Shown piece after piece: positions 15,545 to 29,281 of a DNA stretch of 64,000 bases. The DNA is from Octopus sinensis. Its lineage: Eukaryota. The position numbers and the translations under genes are program-made. The notes under the pieces were generated by a model. The model saw nothing but the letters and a program-made list of their open reading frames with translations. It made no database searches and was not told the DNA's origin. Each line of letters opens with the position of its first letter. Position 1 is the stretch's first letter. Location of the stretch: the NCBI RefSeq assembly GCF_006345805.1, contig NC_043008.1, positions 53,506,001-53,570,000 of the forward strand. The letters run 5' to 3'.

Positions 15545-16292
15545 TCTAATCTAGGCACAAGACCCGAAATTTTGGTGGATGGGTCTTGTCGATTAGATCG
15601 ACCACAGTATGCAATTGGAACTGAATTTATCAACCCCGAAAGGAAGAAAGGCAGAGTCGACCACGGCGGAATTTTGAATTGAGAACGTAAAGACAGACGA
15701 AATACTGCCAAGCATTTCGCTCGGCGTGTTAACGTTTCTTATTTCTTTATTGCCATAAACATAGAGGGAGACAAACATAGGACAGACAAAGTGATTAAGT
15801 CGATTACATCTACCCCAGTGCGTAACTGGTATTTAATTTATCGACCCCGAAAGGATGAAAGGCAAAGTCGACCTCGGCGGAATTTGAACTCAGAACGTAA
15901 CAGCAGACGAAATACCTATTTCTTTACTACCCACAAGGGGCTAAACACAGAGTGGACAAACAAGGACAGACAAACGGATTAAATCGACCCCGAAAGGATG
16001 AAAGACAAAATCGACTTCGGAGGAATTTGAACTCAGAACATAACGGCAGACGAAATACCTATTTCTTTATTACCCACAGGGGGCTAAACACAGAGGGAAC
16101 AAACAAGGACAGACATAGGTATTAAGTCGATTACATCGACCCCAGTGCGTAACTGGTACTTAATTTATCGACCCCGAAAGGATGAAAGGCAAAGTCGACC
16201 TCGGCGAAATTTGAACTCAGAACGTAATGGCAGACGAAATACCGCTACGCATTTCTCCCAGCGTGCTAACGTTTCTGCCAGCTCGCCGCCTT
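15545..16292 (-). mobile_element. Head-to-tail multimer (about 4 units) of the Meta-like SINE
   Basis: Repeated core. Only the last unit (near 16250-16292) carries the full tRNA head. Confidence 0.85.
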
Positions 16293-16374
16293 CCAAACAG
16301 ATACACTTGGTAAGGAAAATTTCGAATAATAATTATACAAGGTCAGTGGAAGTGGCAAGATTAGTTCATATAAG

Positions 16375-16800
16375 TATAGCGTCTAGCGCAAGCATGGCTA
16401 TGTGGTCAAGAAGCTCGATTGGCAACCATATGATTTGGGGTTCAATTTCAATTTCTGACACCTTTGACATGTGTCTTTCACTATAGTCGTGGAGCAAGCG
16501 ATATCTTGTTAGTGACTTTGGTAAACAGAGGCTGTGGAAACCCATCCTATGTATGTGAGTGTGTCTATGAGTGTATGCGTGTGTGCGTGTGTGCGTGTGT
16601 CTTTGTGCCTTTGTGTATTCCAAAACCACTTGAAAAACGGTGTTGGTTTGTTTGTACCCTTGTAAATTACCGATTTGGCAAAAGACAAATATACAATGAG
16701 TAGTAAACTTAAAAACAACTCCTGGGGTCGTTCTGTTCGCCAAAAGCGCTTCAAGATGAGTGGCCCAGCATGGTCGCAGTCAAATGACTGAAACAAACAA
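16375..16800 (+). mobile_element. Diverged SINE with internal microsatellite
   Basis: Recognisable head (tggctatgtggtcaagaagc...gttcaatttc) and tail (cagcatggtcgcagtcaaatgactgaaac). Confidence 0.7.
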
Positions 16801-17688
16801 CAGATAAAACAATGGCAGAATTAACTGGTGATAGTAGCTGATGAATATACAACTAGTACCAGTGATATATACAGCAGAGGATTCCTAAAAAAAAAGGAAC
16901 CTCTATAAGTTCACTCAATCTGTTATAAATCTGCCTTTATCAAATGTCCCTTTCACATATTTCAAATCGACATCATGCAGTTTTAGAAAAAGACGGGATT
17001 GTTAAGGTAGGTGAGTCTTTAATTATATATACACTCGTTTTCAGCTGACCTTGGGCTAAAAAACAATGCTAAGATTCAATCTCTGCTTGGCTTTCTTCTT
17101 CCTGAAGACCAATTACTCATGTACCCAGTTTTAGTAATTGATTTTTTGTGTCGTGAGAAAAAAAATCAATAATTAATTAAACGGAAAGAAACTAATCAAA
17201 TTTTTTTTCGATAAAATTCTTTAATATTCTTCTGTACATAGCTCCAATTTGCGAAATGTCCTTGAAATATGGTCGCCAATATATCATTGCGAATAATGGC
17301 TTGTAGTATAGCCATATCGGCAGATATTAAGTAAGTCAATGAAACTAATGATGTCACACCATCCGTAGAAAGAATTGCACCATATAATATATAAAATATA
17401 GAGAGATAAGCTTTAATATTCGCCAGCAGTAGCTGAAAATTTATCATATGATCGAGAAAAAATATGAAAACCAATGGTTAGTAAAATGATTTAGCATAGA
17501 GACGAAAAAAAATAAGTAAAACAAAAATAAACACTTTCTGATTATTTTTTCTGTGTACAAGGAGAAATTATATTTTATAGTCACAGCAACAGCCCATTAT
17601 TATTATCCATCGGGGAATCCAACTAGACATTATTCCCGATAATATATATATATTAGCGGTGAAATATCGATCAGTTCAGCTTCATACA

Positions 17689-17723
<35 letters not shown>

Positions 17724-17724
17724 G

Positions 17725-17941
17725 TATTCTTTTATTCTTTTCCTTGTTTCAGTAATTTTTTACTGTGGGCATGCTGGAGCACCGCTTTTTTAGTCGATGA
17801 AATCAACCCCTGGGGTGGCTTATTCTTTGTAGGTTTAGTACTTATTCATAAATGTTTTTGTCGAACCGCTAAGTTACTGGACCTAAACACACCATCGTCA
17901 GTTGTCAAGTGATGGCAGTGGGGACATACACATACACACAT

Positions 17942-17960
<19 letters not shown>
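17725..17960 (-). mobile_element. 3' half of a microsatellite-containing SINE, broken at its internal (TA)n
   Basis: catgctggagcaccgc...ccgctaagttac...gttgtcaagtgatg, then a TA tract and an unrelated hammerhead-bearing fragment. Confidence 0.75.
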
Positions 17961-18007
<47 letters not shown>

Positions 18008-18109
18008 CAGAAATGGCAAGACAACAAAAGAATGAAAGAGACCTCGATATTAAGTAAATAGAAGAATTTATCTGTAAATATAATATGTGACAGTTATTCG
18101 CTAGCCATA

Positions 18110-18167
18110 ATAAAACTCCGAGTTTCGGATGTTGGGGGGAAACCCACGCCAGCATCTCTTCAGTTAT
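18110..18167 (-). ncRNA. Type I hammerhead-like motif
   Basis: ATAA CTGAAGA GATG...CATC c GAA ACTC G GAGT T TTAT. Core nucleotides and the GUU site are present. Confidence 0.5.
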
Positions 18168-19499
18168 CGGGCCATCGAAAAAGATGCTATGAAAACATAG
18201 GGAAATTACTGTGTGATTGACCGTTATTAAGACAAAAGGGCTATTAGAATGACCGCTAAGTAAGGGGGCGTGGTAGTAAAGGTAAGGGAGTAATCAAGCG
18301 CGTTTACGCGATTACTATGAACATTTTTACTCCCTTATCTTTACCCCCCCCCCATACTTTTTTCACGTTTCTGATCCTCAGATGACAATCGATGTGATGT
18401 TTGAAGCCATCTTATAAACATATAGAGAATGCGGCGAGTCGGTGGAATCGGTCGTGTATCGGAAAAATGTTTTACTAACTAAATCCCACTGAAGTCAACT
18501 CTTCCATACTTTCGAGATTTATAAAGTAACGAATCTGTTAAGTTTTGGACAAATTAATCGTGTGACAGTTTTAGAATGATCCTATATTATAATAAAATGC
18601 ATTAAAGTAGTACGCTAACGAGGTAGTTCTGAAAAGGAATTATTCGAAATAGGGTCCAGTGCATATAGAAATCAAATTCATAAAGGAAGTGTTACAACTG
18701 ATGTTTTACATTTGATGTTTTAATATCTTCGAAAAAGACAATAACACATTGGATATGCTTTTAATAAAATCACGTGCATATGGTTATTTTTTGACCGTGC
18801 ATACAATATTTGCCACGAATAAATATTAAGTTGAGGGTTAATGAACGAAATATACACAAGAATTATACTAACACAGAAATGAAGTGCATTTAAAGTGCAG
18901 GTGGAGTAAGTGATTGTAATTTCAGAAAGAAAATCGTGTGGGAGGGACATCGAGAAGAAAAGACGTTCGAAATGTACGCACATATATGAATATAAACGGA
19001 AGTGACTTTGGACTCCACTACTCATATACTAATAAAAATTAGCGATGGTATTGAGATAGAATTTGCTCAACTGAAGGCCTGTAATGGATGAATAATCAAA
19101 CTAATACACATTTATAGAATGGTTCAGAATAAAAGAATTAAAATTACTTATAGTTAATACAAAATAGGTAATACGATTTAAGAATACATGGAATTCTTTC
19201 TCGTTATTGCTTTGAATATTTGCAAGATGAATCTGAAGAAAGCTATGAATTTATTCAGTTATAATAAACATATATGCAGAGCATATTCTGCTATTCTAAG
19301 ATGATATTGTGTTCTTTCTTTCGGTTATGGTTATTTGTTTTCCTCAACAAATTCTGACGTAAAACACTCCTTTGTGTCGAGCACTTTCAGAACTATAACA
19401 TGCAAAAAAAAAAAGAAAAGAAAAAGATAATAAATAAAATAGAAAACAGATATATCTTTTCTGCTTACAACGTCGCCACCGCTTCTACGAAAGACAATA

Positions 19500-21560
19500 T
19501 TAATTGTCTTATGTAAAATACAAACCATTTTAATATAACAGATTTGAAAGCATTATTCAAAGATAAACAAAGAATAACAAACCTAACATACAGATTCCAG
19601 ACAACAAACTTCTCCAACTATATGAAGACAAGCTATTCTCGACAATAAATATAAAATTTACAAGAAATACAAGTAGCTTCCAAAAATATTTAAAAGCTAA
19701 AAGAGAAGAAATGAACAACAGTAATAAAACTTTCCTTCCATCAGACAAGGCTGAAGCTTGTATGAAATATATAACTATAACTTTAACAGATTTCTGTTTT
19801 TGAAGTGTATAAATAAAACACATGAAACGGATTGCAATATACTGCACGACAAAAAATGATCTTCTGCGAATTGACAACGGAATAAGACTTAGATATATTT
19901 CACTTTTAAAGAGTACAAGGATTAATTTTACAAATAACTGGCTCATATAGAGAGTATTCCTATAATGACTGATCATAGATACTCTGAAACTACATATACC
20001 CTTGAAAGCCTTAGAAGAAGTTTTTTGTGGGAAACTAGAAGTATACCATAAATGCAAATCTCCTGTTTCTGTGTCACCGATAATGGACAATTTGTATTGG
20101 TTGGAAATAGATACATTCTGTGCTAAGAATTTAGTAAACAAATATTAATACTTTTATGTTGAGTATTTCATGGTATTTATGTTGAGAAAATGTGTTTATT
20201 TAATGGATTTATAAACTGGTTCGACGACATATTAGTACCACGTTCTCGATTCAGCTTTGCATCAGTGCTGCACGGCAATCTCATCCTCGTTTCTGTCTGA
20301 AGGCCGCAGCTGGAAAGAATACTAAAAAATATCCCACTCGACAGACTCACATTTATCCTAATCCAACGATCTGTAATGGAACATTTTATTGTCCTCTGAA
20401 CGATGAATGTCATTCTCAGTGGAGACTGTCAGAGAAAATTCCACGAAGCATTTCAACCGACGTTCTAACAATTCGACCAAATCATTGACTTGATCAGACA
20501 TCTATGTTCAAACAGAACTGTTAGTGGCATCCATTAGACATCTATTGTAGCTCGAATCCCCCAATAACTTAAAATCATTTCTTCTGCTATTATATATTAA
20601 ACTATGCAGTTTTACGAGCGTTCACAGACATCCCGAACTAATCATGTTTAAAAAAATATTTTACCACTTGTTAATAAGCTTTGTTATATAACAAGCTATA
20701 TTCAAATAATGGTAATTTTGCCTAACTAGTCAACAAACATAAAAGTCAAATAATGTCAACAGCATTATTCTAAGCGTATCCCAGATTACCCATACGACAA
20801 ACACATCTGAAAAAATCCCATCCCCCCAACAAACAAACAAACAAAGCAAAATATCTTTCCCTTTTGAACAAGTGGGGAGAATTAAACTGAGGCTAGCATC
20901 ATTGATGCGTTTTAAATCTTATTCAAGTTAAAATTTAAATTACGTCATAGGGAAAGTGGTTTATACAGAGACGATGGACTGTATCTTTAAGGCAGCAACC
21001 ACCGTTAACTGCAAGTTTCAGGGAGATTTTATTCTTTGTTTTTAAGACTTGGGCCTACTAAGTACAGTAGATTCTTGTACCACTGCAATAAACAATCTAG
21101 ATGTTACTCTTTAAATCAATACCTCACCTTCTCCGTCATAAAGTAAAATTAGCGAGGCATTATAATGTATACACAAGACTTAGTTCCCACCATTCTTGAA
21201 TGTAACCAACAAGTTAATCGAAAATATTTCAAGGAGGCGACAAATTTCGAATTACTCATCTAATTATTAAATCATGCTGTCAGTTACATTAAATTTCAAG
21301 CCAAAAAAAAATCAAGAAAATAATTAGAATAACTAAGAGAAAAACAAATCAAAAATTCTTTACTCCACTGTATACGCCGGCTGCTGCTACAATACTCTCG
21401 AATATAAGCTTTAAATTGTTTAAAGTAACCACTACCCTAAAACGTATACTTCATAACATATGCACCGTAACTATATAAGCGTATATTTTCTTATACAACA
21501 TTCAGCACTAAATTTGGTTTAGTCCAACCAATTCAAATTAAATATTTTACTGCATCGTAT
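19500..21560 (+). mobile_element. Heavily degraded Penelope-like element
   Basis: IPDNKLLQLYEDKLFSTINIKF...FQKYLKAKREEMNNSNKTFLPSDK, then FINWFDDI, IENISRR and an IWFSP-like stretch, in PLE order. The minus-strand 194-aa ORF here is its antisense shadow. Confidence 0.6.
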
Positions 21561-22379
21561 GATACTAGTTGCTATTTGAGTTCCAAGCTAGTTTCCAGGG
21601 CATTCCCTAAAGCGACTCTTTGTTTCCGTGCAGCATTTGTGCAATGTGGATTCTGGACTCGTAGAAGTGTATTCCATCAGTATTGCGTTGCTATGGAGTT
21701 TGGTTTGTTCTTATGGGGTATGTTTTAGCGTTGGTGCAGTAATAAAAATTACATACAGAGTCTGTTGGGTCACATTGTTTGGCGGCAGTTATTGTAAGGG
21801 AGATAATTATTTCTTGATTAATCCTACCGGAGTTTTAAGACAGAATTTTAAATGGAAGAGTAAGGAAGAAAATGCACAGAATATAGTATACATTTTTTTC
21901 TTATAAAAATCTTAAATTTTATACTCACAAGCCATCAAAAATCTTCTTGAAAAAACAGAAAGACGCGAAACTTTACGAACAAATAAGGTCCTATGTGTAA
22001 ACGCACACACACACACACAGATGAATAGATAGACAGACCGATAAAGAAGTAAACTGATAGATAGGTTGATAGACGAATAGATAAATAGATAGATAGATAT
22101 ATGGATAGTTAGATAGATAGATAGATAGGTAGATAGGTAGATAGGAATATATATGTGTATATATATATAGTTCGTATTTGTATTTGGTTTGGAAGATTCT
22201 TGATGTGAATTCGTCTGTTGAAAGAAATACTATTGAAATTTGGGAGGGGCATTATACCTTTGATAATAAACACACGCACTGTTTCGGTCCTTTATTGTTA
22301 TGAACAATAAAAATAAAGGACTGAATCAGTCCGTGTGTTTAATATCACCGGTATAATACCCCGCCCAAGGTTCAATAGT

Positions 22380-22576
<197 letters not shown>

Positions 22577-22987
22577 CATATGTACCTACAACCATAATAT
22601 ATTAATGCAGTTCTATTATGACTGAGAATAATAAAAATATTTACAGTGATATTTTATTAATTTCATTATTCGCGGAAATTAAACCAATCACGATAATGTG
22701 AAATGTTATTTTGGTATCTTGGACATTTCTGATTGCTTTGCTGTTAGAATTCTAGCATTGCTTTTAGACTCAGCGTTGTTTTTCCAAGATATTATGACAT
22801 CAGTGTTATGGAATAGCAGCATCTTCTTTTGTTATTTGTTTCCTTTTTCTTCCAGTCTTCGTTTCTGTCTTCCTTCTTTTTCTTCTCTTTGTTTGTTTGT
22901 TTGTTTGATACTATCTTTCTTTTCTCCTTTCTTTCCTGTTACAAGCTCTCTCGTTATTTGTTGATATGTCTGTCTACCCTTGCATGC

Positions 22988-23019
<32 letters not shown>

Positions 23020-23151
23020 AATATCAGTGTTTCTCCCTTACTCCTCTATTCTCACAAACACATACACATTATACACACTTATGTATGCATATATATATAT
23101 GTCTGTGTGTATGTGTGTGTATAATATATATATATATATATATAGATAGAT

Positions 23152-23206
<55 letters not shown>

Positions 23207-23259
23207 GTATGAGAGGTAATGGTGTCAATATGACCCAAAGGTTTCAGATAATGTTGAGT

Positions 23260-24540
23260 AAGTGCTATGGACAGACCATAGTTAAGCTTCAGGTTCGGTG
23301 ATTATGCGAATAAGGAGTCCAACGTAGGTCATATATTTGCATGTGTATATATAATAAGTTTCTTTTCAGAATGAGATAAAAATCTTAAGTTGTGAAGATT
23401 TTAGAACATTTATAAATATGTTTTACAGCTGTTTCCAGGATATTTATTATATCCCTTCATCGGAGACGGTGTGAGAGGATTGTTAATTAATAGTTAATTT
23501 AGATAAGATACGAAATAGAGAGTGAAGTGGCGGAATGAAAATAGATGTGAGATATCCAGGGGTATTGCACTTGTAGATCTGTTATTTAGGCAGAATGGTA
23601 TACATATAAGATTCCAATACCGTGTGAGTAAAATCCAATAGTATTTAAAATTGGTCATTCTAAGTATAGAGTTTGTACACAGTGCTATTGAATCAAGGGT
23701 TTTATTTAAATAAAATGTGGGTATATAAATTGATATTGATTGATGCAGGTATGTATATCTTTACGTATGGACACTGTTGTATACATCGATAGTTATAGAT
23801 GCTTAGAATATATCGATAAGGTATCCAACTGACTGAATCCAGAGAACCTCTTAGAGAATTGTTTACGCTCTCTGCGCATTGATATAAATATTGTCATTTT
23901 TGCCCGTTATCTTTTCGAGATCTCTACAGGATCGATTCCCTATTTTTATCTCACCCTCATCCACTTTGTCTCTCTGTCTCCTCCCATCTTCCTCTTTATC
24001 TCTTACTATCGTTGTCTGTTTTTTCTGGAGGAAATCGGTTGTGGCGGGATTATGTATGCGAATCTAAATATATCGAGAAGTTGTACGGCGTGATCTTTCC
24101 TCTTTTATTCTATTAGATTTTGAGGATGCAAAAGAAATATGCGCAGTTCGTATCCATCCATCTAACTGATTTCCAATTACTGTATCTGGAAGAGTTGGAG
24201 CGGTAGAGCTCTCAGGTAGCTTCTCGATAAGGTCTTAACAGAGACAGCAGTCTTTAGATATCCCGGCAGTGTTCTGAAAAGCGTCTAAATGTAAGTATGG
24301 GTTTTCTTATCCACCCATCACATTCTTGATCCACCTCCAGGACTCCTGCTAATTAACTCGTATTGAAAACATCGTCTTGCGGTTTTTCCTATGATATTCT
24401 AATCATCATATATTCGAAGTACCAGAGCAGTGACCTCTCGATGCGGCGAAGTAGCAGTTCGATATGAAGAGACACTCAGCATTCCAGCCTACGCAACCGT
24501 TCGACTAAAGTTTGCCCAGAGCTCTCTAGACAAGGACCAT
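23260..24540 (-). mobile_element. Probable Penelope-like remnant with hammerhead relic
   Basis: Non-microsatellite block between simple repeats. Hammerhead relic at 23421-23468. No clean protein motif was recovered. Confidence 0.35.
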
Positions 24541-25115
24541 TTACACACACACTTATATACATACATGCATACAAACATATATAGTTGTATCTGTGTGTGA
24601 TATAAATATTGCGTATAATATTAATACATCTATATTTACAGTTGTAATAATATGTTTATACTTATAGACGCTTATAACTTATAGATATCATTTATGATAC
24701 TAGTCTGTGTGTAGTTATTGTTGCGGTTCTTAGTGATGTTTAATGTAATTCGCGAATGAGTGTATTCATAACCATAGCAGCTATAAAATATAACATCGTC
24801 AAAGAGTATTTATTAGGCACCATATGATGATGTTAAAGCTTTAATAACAGGAAAGGATAAAAATGATAAGTGCTTTTTTATTACCAAAAGGCATTCTTAT
24901 GAAGTCGATAAAACCTGTGAGTAATGGAATGACAATAGTCAGAATATTGGATTGATTTTCTTCTTAAATAATGGTAGTTAAATTTAATACATAACTATGC
25001 AAACGCGGGTTATCTTAAAGGTAGCGAGTTCTGTAGAGACACTGGATTTTATTTCGAAATTAATTATTGTATGTATTTTGAACACAGATGCACACACACA
25101 TACTTATACACAAAT

Positions 25116-25183
<68 letters not shown>

Positions 25184-26332
25184 TCACACATATTCATACA
25201 CAAATACATTCACATACATATTTATACACAAATGCACATACACACATATTTATACACGAATACATACACACGTATATTTATACCTACACACATTATTTAT
25301 ATAGATGGAATTTACAAAAAAAAAAACGATGAAGACAGGTGTGTAAACCACAAACAGATGTATTTGTTTAACGCTCGGGAAGTGAGAATGTCTTTTATGT
25401 TTCGAGCCTACGCTCTTCAGCACAAAGGAACACAGAGATAAGCAGAGAGAGAAAATAAAAACAGAAAATAATTTATATGTATATGTGTGTGAGTGTGTGT
25501 GTGTGGATGGGTGCGTGTAAAACAATGTAGACCACGTATAAAGAAGTCAAATTTAATTACTTCACCTTAAACTGAAAAATTATAAAGGCCCTTAATCGAA
25601 ATTTCGTTTATTGGTGTCTCATTAGAAGTAACCACATCACTTCACACAACGCAGATAAACAAATAACCAATACGTTCAAATACTCATGAAACCTAGTAGC
25701 TCCGGATATGTATGTAGTAATTTTCCCCCGAGTAGACCTTCATCGAGAAGGGGTCGTTACAGCCCTGACAACCCAAATTTTCACAAGGCGCAATATATTA
25801 ACTACATAATATACATAGTGTATATCGTTTCTAACATGGCAGTGTGAGATTCTAGAGACATTTGACTGCTGAATCTTGCAAATGAGAAGACTACATAGAA
25901 CATGGAGCTGAAGGAACGGGGAGCTTGTGGAATACATAGAATATACAACCAATCGTCAGCATATTCTTCTAGACAGCCTGTTTTTGTACCAACGTTAGGA
26001 ACATATTTCAACGTACGTGAATCTGTAAAGTATGACAGTGGATATTTAACACTTGTAAGACTTTATTATATAATAGAAACATCTCAGCTGAACTGTCTTT
26101 GTAATCAATTTGACCACGACTGCTGAGGGCGAAATGATAGATGAGAGAGAGAAAAAATTTAATAAACACGCTACAAACAGAGGTTACAAAACCGCAATTT
26201 AGAAAATATATTGATTTCCGATATTTTAACATCTTCAGTTATCTTTTTGTGTTGTACATAAGAGAATTTCATTCTCACACCAACATACACCACTACGCAC
26301 ATGTTTATTCTCCCGTACATATAAAACAAGGC

Positions 26333-26384
<52 letters not shown>

Positions 26385-26566
26385 GTCTGTCTGTGTATGC
26401 ATGTATGTATATATATATGTATACACACACACTCATATGTATATATCCTACAAACAAATTTAGTGGGGTTTCAGAATACCATATTAATAATACCTTAATT
26501 TTGATATTATGTATGTGTGTGTGTATGTATATATATATATATGTGTATATATGTATATATATGTGT

Positions 26567-26607
<41 letters not shown>

Positions 26608-26617
26608 GAAGGAGGAA

Positions 26618-26720
26618 GAATGAAGAAGAAGAAGAAGAAGAAGAAGAAGAAGAAGAAGAAGAAGAAGAAGAAGAAGAAGAAAAAGAAGAAGAAGAAGAAG
26701 AAGAAGAAGAAGAAGAAAAA
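26618..26720 (+). repeat. (GAA)n microsatellite
   Basis: Directly visible. It explains the poly-K ORF. Confidence 0.97.
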
Positions 26721-27404
26721 TGGTGATTGGGAAGTTTATAATTCTGGTTAGTTGATCAATCGGAATTCATTAACCAGCATGAATCTGTATTAACTTTTTA
26801 GGGCTGATGGGTAAGGAGGTGAAACACACACACATGTATACATATGTGAGTGTGCATACGTATTCGTGTATTTACACGTGTATGTTCATATATACGTATG
26901 TACGTGTATGCGCGGATATGTGTACGCGTGGATGTATGTGTGGGTTTATGCGGTTTATGCGTGTGTCACTGTGTATATATATGGATGTACGGATATATAT
27001 ATATATTTATATATATATATGAATGTGTGTATATATGTATATATACGTGCGTACTAACATATATACAAAATTTTATGTGAAACAACTGTAAGTGAAGATG
27101 ATTAATTTATTGTTAATAATAAACAATTATTAACTTCCCAATCTCAATTTTCTTTTCGTCTTTGATATGAATATAAATTATATATTTATATATATATATT
27201 GTTATATTTCGGAATGGTCATTTTGCCAGTTTAGCCAATAAAAACACACGCACTATATATATTGGGTGTTATTTTGCTTCAGTGTTATTTATTTTTTACA
27301 TTAATCTTAATCTTATTTCGGCCAGAGTTCTTTCGTCACACACCTGTGACCGCATCAGTGGTCCTTTGCTTTCTTCTTTCTTATTTGTGTCTCTCTTTAC
27401 TAAT

Positions 27405-27452
<48 letters not shown>

Positions 27453-27769
27453 TTAAAAAAAATTTGTTTATTTTTGGTAGTTATGACTTTAAAAGTCCCT
27501 CCTAGCGTGTGGCATTTATGTGTAATAATGCCCTCTATATAATATAAATATATATATATATATACCTATTATTTTAAGGAAACTAATGCCTCGAAAATAC
27601 TAGGTATTTCTAAATCGGTATGTTCAGCTTTTATAACTACAATAACAGCATCCCTCCTCAATTCGCGTGCAAGCTGAGGGTCTGGCATTATTGTTTTCTG
27701 AAGCAAAGATTATGCAGAGTTAGCAAGAAATGCAGCAATGCCCCTAGAAAGTATGTCGTCAAATACCTT

Positions 27770-28015
27770 ACGCACTCTGCATATATAGGTACTTGATGCC
27801 GGCTTCTGTGTTGAGTCTGAGGCCGTCGTGTAGGAAGATGAATGGAGGCATAACGTCGCCAACACTAGCGATCACTCCAAACATCATGATGTTGACTGGA
27901 TGTTTGATTTTCATCACTCCCCGTACGTGTCCTCAGATTGACACCCAAACACTCCGAAACGTGCGATTGGAGGTTCTGGGGCGAATGCCAACCAGTAAAG
28001 CATGTCATTTCTAAA
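27770..28015 (-). mobile_element. Tc1/mariner transposase relic
   Basis: Minus strand reads VMKIKHPVNIMMFGVIASVGDVMPPFIFLHDGLRLNTEAGIKYL, resembling the KHP-VMV-G...MPPF-F...N segment of Tc1/mariner DDD/E domains. Confidence 0.75.
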
Positions 28016-28128
28016 TTTCAGGCAGAGTGAATTACGTCATAGTGCTGTTATTCTCACAGACAGTGCCAACCTGACCATACACATACATACACACACAAAC
28101 TCACCCACACGTACCCCTAATATATATC

Positions 28129-28181
<53 letters not shown>

Positions 28182-28207
<26 letters not shown>

Positions 28208-28356
28208 TGTGTGTATAATTATATACTAATTATGTACTAATTATTATTTCGTACTTTATTCAGTTCTAGGTAAATATTTAATCGTAACTTTAATTTTTCT
28301 ATATGGTATGATTCAATTCTATCATTGTTGAATTGCTACATGGTGGTTCTTCTCTA

Positions 28357-28406
<50 letters not shown>

Positions 28407-29240
28407 TATATATATGCATATGTGTGTAGGTGTGAGAGTATGTTTGTGTGTGAGCGTGTCTATTTGAGTATGTATCAGTGTGTCTGTGTTTGTTCCCCAC
28501 CATTGCTTGATAACAGCTGCTGGTTTGTTAACGTTCCATTCAGAGTGCAGTTTGGCAAATTAAGAGAGGGAAGAATAAGTACAAGATTTATTCAAAAGGT
28601 AGTGCTCCAGCATGGACCCAATAAAATGACTGACGCGAGTAAAATATAAAATACAAGCTTGATAAAGACGTAACCCGGTTCTGTATCAGGATACGTTGAT
28701 TAGGATTCAGTCCACGGATAGAAATATCTGCAGTTCGACGTACCATGTACTGCTACTGCTGCTCTCTGTAGTAAAAGCAATTTTTAGGTAGCTTAAGCTA
28801 ACTATCAGAATATAAAATACCCAGCGTGTGTTCTTCATAATTGACAAGCGTTTCTCATTACTTCGCAATTTTCAGACCAAAGTATACCCCCAGGAGCGGG
28901 TGTAAAAGACAAGCGATCTGTAAAGGTAATTGACCTCAAGTAACCGTACAAATAGTGCTTATTCAGCAATCACTTACTGCAATAGTAACTAGGAAAACTG
29001 GACTTTATATTGATAAAAAAATATCATGATTTAATGTTGATGACATTTTAAGGTCTGTGAGTCTGTTCTATGTAAAGATATCGACATGGGTAAGTAATTA
29101 GGTTTTCAATCAAGGGGTTTCTGGTTTAGTCCCACTGGGGAAGTGTCTTCTAATATAGCATCGGCCCGACCAATAACTGTGTGAGAGAATTTGGTAGACT
29201 GACACAGAGTAGCAACCTGTCGGATGGGATTGCTTGTGTA

Positions 29241-29281
<41 letters not shown>

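Noticed and set aside
17242-17330. Possible first coding exon (MVANISLRIMACSIAISADI, donor gtaagt) for the 28.9/31.8-kb exons
   Set aside because: Phase fits, but the frame is closed upstream and the link is purely speculative.
19557-20141. 194-aa minus-strand ORF
   Set aside because: Antisense shadow of a degraded Penelope ORF on the + strand.
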